Virus record (IMG/VR): IMGVR_UViG_3300048849_000085
Coordinates: 1 to 26,944 of that record
DNA length: 26,944 nt
Strand: one strand, 5' to 3'
Source of the DNA: a virus
Lineage: Duplodnaviria; Caudoviricetes
A program made the position numbers and the translations under genes. This document shows, piece by piece, positions 24,918 to 26,944 of the stretch; positions within the stretch are counted from its first letter, which is position 1, and every line of letters starts with the position of its first letter. The notes under the pieces are model-generated. The model saw only the letters and a list, made by a program, of their open reading frames with translations, was not told the DNA's origin and ran no database searches.

Positions 24918-25138
24918 TCTTCTAATGTTGGCGGTACGCGCTTGGCGAAAATCGACTTGCTGCCGATTTTGTAGACGCCGGCCGATAGAACGGCCCGGAT
25001 CAGCGCCATATGCGGCCGGTCCTTCACCAGGTCGAAGTTGAGGATAGCTTGCTCGGCGCCTTCCTTCGTGAGCTGCTGGTGGAGCAAGATCTCGCCGTCC
25101 TCGTCATGGATGAGGATCTCGAATACATCCTCCGCCAC
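24914..25138 (-). CDS. Small hypothetical protein
   Basis: GTG start 1 nt after the upstream stop. Confidence 0.55.
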   Translation of the reverse strand: MAEDVFEILIHDEDGEILLHQQLTKEGAEQAILNFDLVKDRPHMALIRAVLSAGVYKIGSKSIFAKRVPPTLED

Positions 25139-25139
25139 G

Positions 25140-25352
25140 TCAATTCACCTTCTTGCCCGCGACGTGAAGCACTGAGGTGAACACCTTCGAGAAGTCCGGA
25201 GGGTTATCCCAGCTCGTATCAGGAGCGCAATGCGGGCAGGGCATAGCAGCGGCGCCGCACCTGCAGGCGTGCATTCCCCATCCAGGCTTGTTCGGGTGAT
25301 CTTCGCAGATCCACTTCGTATCACGGCATTTTCTGCATGAAGGAGGGGCCAT
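25140..25352 (-). CDS. Small Cys-rich zinc-binding protein
   Basis: CRKC..WICEDH...CRCG..MPCPHC. Confidence 0.6.
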   Translation of the reverse strand: MAPPSCRKCRDTKWICEDHPNKPGWGMHACRCGAAAMPCPHCAPDTSWDNPPDFSKVFTSVLHVAGKKVN

Positions 25353-25569
25353 GGAAGCCTCCGAGATTGAGCCGAACCGATTCTACCACAACGGCCGGGG
25401 CATCGCCTATGGCGTCGAGGCCATTCAGCTTGGCCGCGTCTACTATCGTATCAACGGCCTGAAAGAAGGCCTGCTCGCATCTATGGTTTTGGAAGAATTT
25501 GCCAAGGCTATGACACAAGAAGTGCCTCATGAAGAAAGCGGGATGGATGAGTCCTCAAGTGAACGATGA
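25351..25569 (+). CDS. Small hypothetical protein
   Basis: AGGAGG RBS. Confidence 0.55.
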   Translation: MEASEIEPNRFYHNGRGIAYGVEAIQLGRVYYRINGLKEGLLASMVLEEFAKAMTQEVPHEESGMDESSSER

Positions 25570-25906
25570 ACCTCCGTCCGATATCCCGGGCGAACTCAAA
25601 CGCATCGACCATTACCTTACCCGTCACGGTGAGATCATGTCGTCATATGCAGACAGGTTGAGCCTCATGGATGCTCGGCTGAAGCTAGTAGAGGAATATA
25701 CCGTCACCCGAAAAATAGCTGAAGCGCGGGAGGATGAGCGCGACAAGGCCCTCTATGAGAGGCTGGACCGAATGGATGGCAAAATGAAAACCATCGAGAC
25801 GGATGTCAACGGCATCAAGGGGCTTGGGACGAAAGCATTGGGGATCGTCGGCAGTGCCTTGCTATTGGCCCTTGTCGCCTGGGTTTTGAAAGGAAATCTC
25901 GTATGA
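25529..25906 (+). CDS. Coiled-coil protein with C-terminal TM (lysis module)
   Basis: Heptad region then ALGIVGSALLLALVAWVL; start may be 25547. Confidence 0.7.
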   Translation: MKKAGWMSPQVNDEPPSDIPGELKRIDHYLTRHGEIMSSYADRLSLMDARLKLVEEYTVTRKIAEAREDERDKALYERLDRMDGKMKTIETDVNGIKGLGTKALGIVGSALLLALVAWVLKGNLV

Positions 25907-26328
25907 TGCGGCGGTTCCTTGACCTCATTCTTTCTGGCCTCGGCGCCGCCGTCCTCGTGGTCGGCGTATTGATCCTCGGCCCAGAGATCGAAACCCGGAT
26001 CAATCCGGTATATTCAAAGTTCAGCATCCAATCGATTGAGGAACTGCCCGGCGGCATGTCCAAGGTCGTATTCCGGTATCGGAAGGAACGGCAGTGCGAT
26101 CCGCAAGGCTTCTCTTGGTACGTCGGAGAGCCTGGAGCCGCCTTCCGGCAACTGAAGGTAACGCCAGCCGATCCAAGCGAGGCATCGCCTGTGCGGCCTC
26201 TGGGCGAGAATACCAGCGTCCCTTACGTGATCGACGCCACGCCCGAACAGCTTATCCAGCGAGGCTATGGCGAGATATTCAACCGCTGCCATGGTGCTTG
26301 GACATCAAGGACTGTGATCTACCCATAG
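25903..26328 (+). CDS. Membrane-anchored hypothetical protein
   Basis: N-terminal TM, coupled to the previous gene. Confidence 0.7.
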   Translation: MMRRFLDLILSGLGAAVLVVGVLILGPEIETRINPVYSKFSIQSIEELPGGMSKVVFRYRKERQCDPQGFSWYVGEPGAAFRQLKVTPADPSEASPVRPLGENTSVPYVIDATPEQLIQRGYGEIFNRCHGAWTSRTVIYP

Positions 26329-26357
26329 GGCATCGATTTCACCGACCCCCATTATCC

Positions 26358-26385
26358 GCCCGCTGCCCTTCATCGGGTGGCGGGC
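26358..26385. terminator. GC-rich hairpin between convergent genes
   Basis: GCCCGCTGCCC-TTCATC-GGGTGGCGGGC; U-tract weak. Confidence 0.5.
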
Positions 26386-26396
26386 CTATTGCCGTT

Positions 26397-26681
26397 TCAT
26401 GGCTTCAGCCTGGCCTTCTGCTCGTCCCATAGATCCTCGACGACCTTAGCCGCTTCTGCCGCTGTCGTCTCCCATCCGAAATTGGGTTGGTATGGCTTCC
26501 CGCCTTTTGGGTACTGAATGCTCCACATCCACCGTCCAGCCTTCAGTGTTTGCTGATCGAGGTAGATGCGGCCGATCTCCACGTCGCCGTCGAACGCTTG
26601 ATAGTCCTCAAGGAGCTTCCTGTCTAAGCCGGTTTCTTTGCCCCAGGTACGCTGCCAGTGGTATTTCTTCTGCCATTCCAT
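26397..26681 (-). CDS. Trp-rich hypothetical protein (MEWQKKYHWQRTWG...)
   Basis: 94 aa, last gene before the right att site. Confidence 0.7.
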   Translation of the reverse strand: MEWQKKYHWQRTWGKETGLDRKLLEDYQAFDGDVEIGRIYLDQQTLKAGRWMWSIQYPKGGKPYQPNFGWETTAAEAAKVVEDLWDEQKARLKP

Positions 26682-26726
26682 GCAGGACGGATTCCGCAGA
26701 TCGTGGCAGGGGTCAAGGTGAGAAAA

Positions 26727-26741
26727 GAACGCCTCCTGAAC
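26727..26741. promoter_or_regulatory. Alphaproteobacterial LexA (SOS) box
   Basis: GAAC-GCCTCCT-GAAC, i.e. GAAC-N7-GAAC. Confidence 0.55.
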
Positions 26742-26817
26742 AGGTTTTGCAAAACGCGAGGGAATGTTTTGCAATCTACCGCTTGACTGAATCGTCTATG
26801 TGCTTGAAAGGAAAGGC

Positions 26818-26861
26818 ATGCGGACGTGGCGAAACTGGTAGACGCAAGGGACTTAAAATCC
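26818..26861 (+). repeat. Right att site (44-bp direct repeat)
   Basis: Identical to 84-127. Confidence 0.96.
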
Positions 26862-26904
26862 CTCGACCTCGGTCATACGGGTTCGACCCCCGTCGTCCGC
26901 ACCA
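26820..26904 (+). tRNA. tRNA-Leu (anticodon TAA)
   Basis: Acceptor GCGGACG/CGTCCGC+ACCA, anticodon arm AGGGA-CTTAAAA-TCCCT, long variable arm, GGTTCGA T-loop. Confidence 0.97.
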
Positions 26905-26944
26905 AGCGTTTCCAAGCGGCTTCATTAGCGGGCTACTCGATTTC

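Larger units (their letters stand above)
84..26861. mobile_element. Integrated defective (internally deleted) siphovirus-like prophage in tRNA-Leu(TAA)
   Basis: 44-bp terminal direct repeats, tyrosine integrase next to the left repeat, lambdoid gene order; no portal, major capsid or repressor ORF recognisable. Confidence 0.95.

Noticed and set aside
350-26432. Many long antisense or overlapping ORFs in the track (e.g. 350-787, 4994-5617, 6096-6845, 13384-14127, 23709-24188)
   Set aside because: Shadow frames of well-supported genes in GC-rich DNA, without RBS or recognisable motifs

Overview
The window is a ~26.7 kb integrated, degenerate siphovirus-type prophage, most likely from a Rhizobiaceae/alphaproteobacterial host (inferred from gene style and a GAAC-N7-GAAC box). 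It is bounded by a perfect 44-bp direct repeat (84-127 and 26818-26861) covering the 5' half of tRNA-Leu(TAA); the intact tRNA is at the right end (26820-26904). Order: integrase/xis, leftward early genes, replication genes with iterons, LuxR-type HTH, NusG-paralog antiterminator, late promoter, HNH gene plus ~370 nt of densely structured non-coding DNA, terS/terL, head-tail joining and tail-tube genes, HigBA and morons, tape-measure stub, tail spike/fibre, lysis genes. Three large deletions are inferred from sharp junctions: immunity region (~4348), portal/protease/capsid (~12450, leaving an in-frame terL fusion) and most of tape measure plus baseplate (~19745). The element therefore looks unable to make virions alone but keeps its att sites, integrase, ori, packaging genes, toxin-antitoxin and lysis genes. 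Best leads: the structured RNA candidate next to the HNH gene, twin DnaA boxes upstream of xis-int, and replacement of the tRNA-Leu(TAA) upstream region by phage DNA. Protein calls come from motif recognition and synteny only; no searches were run.
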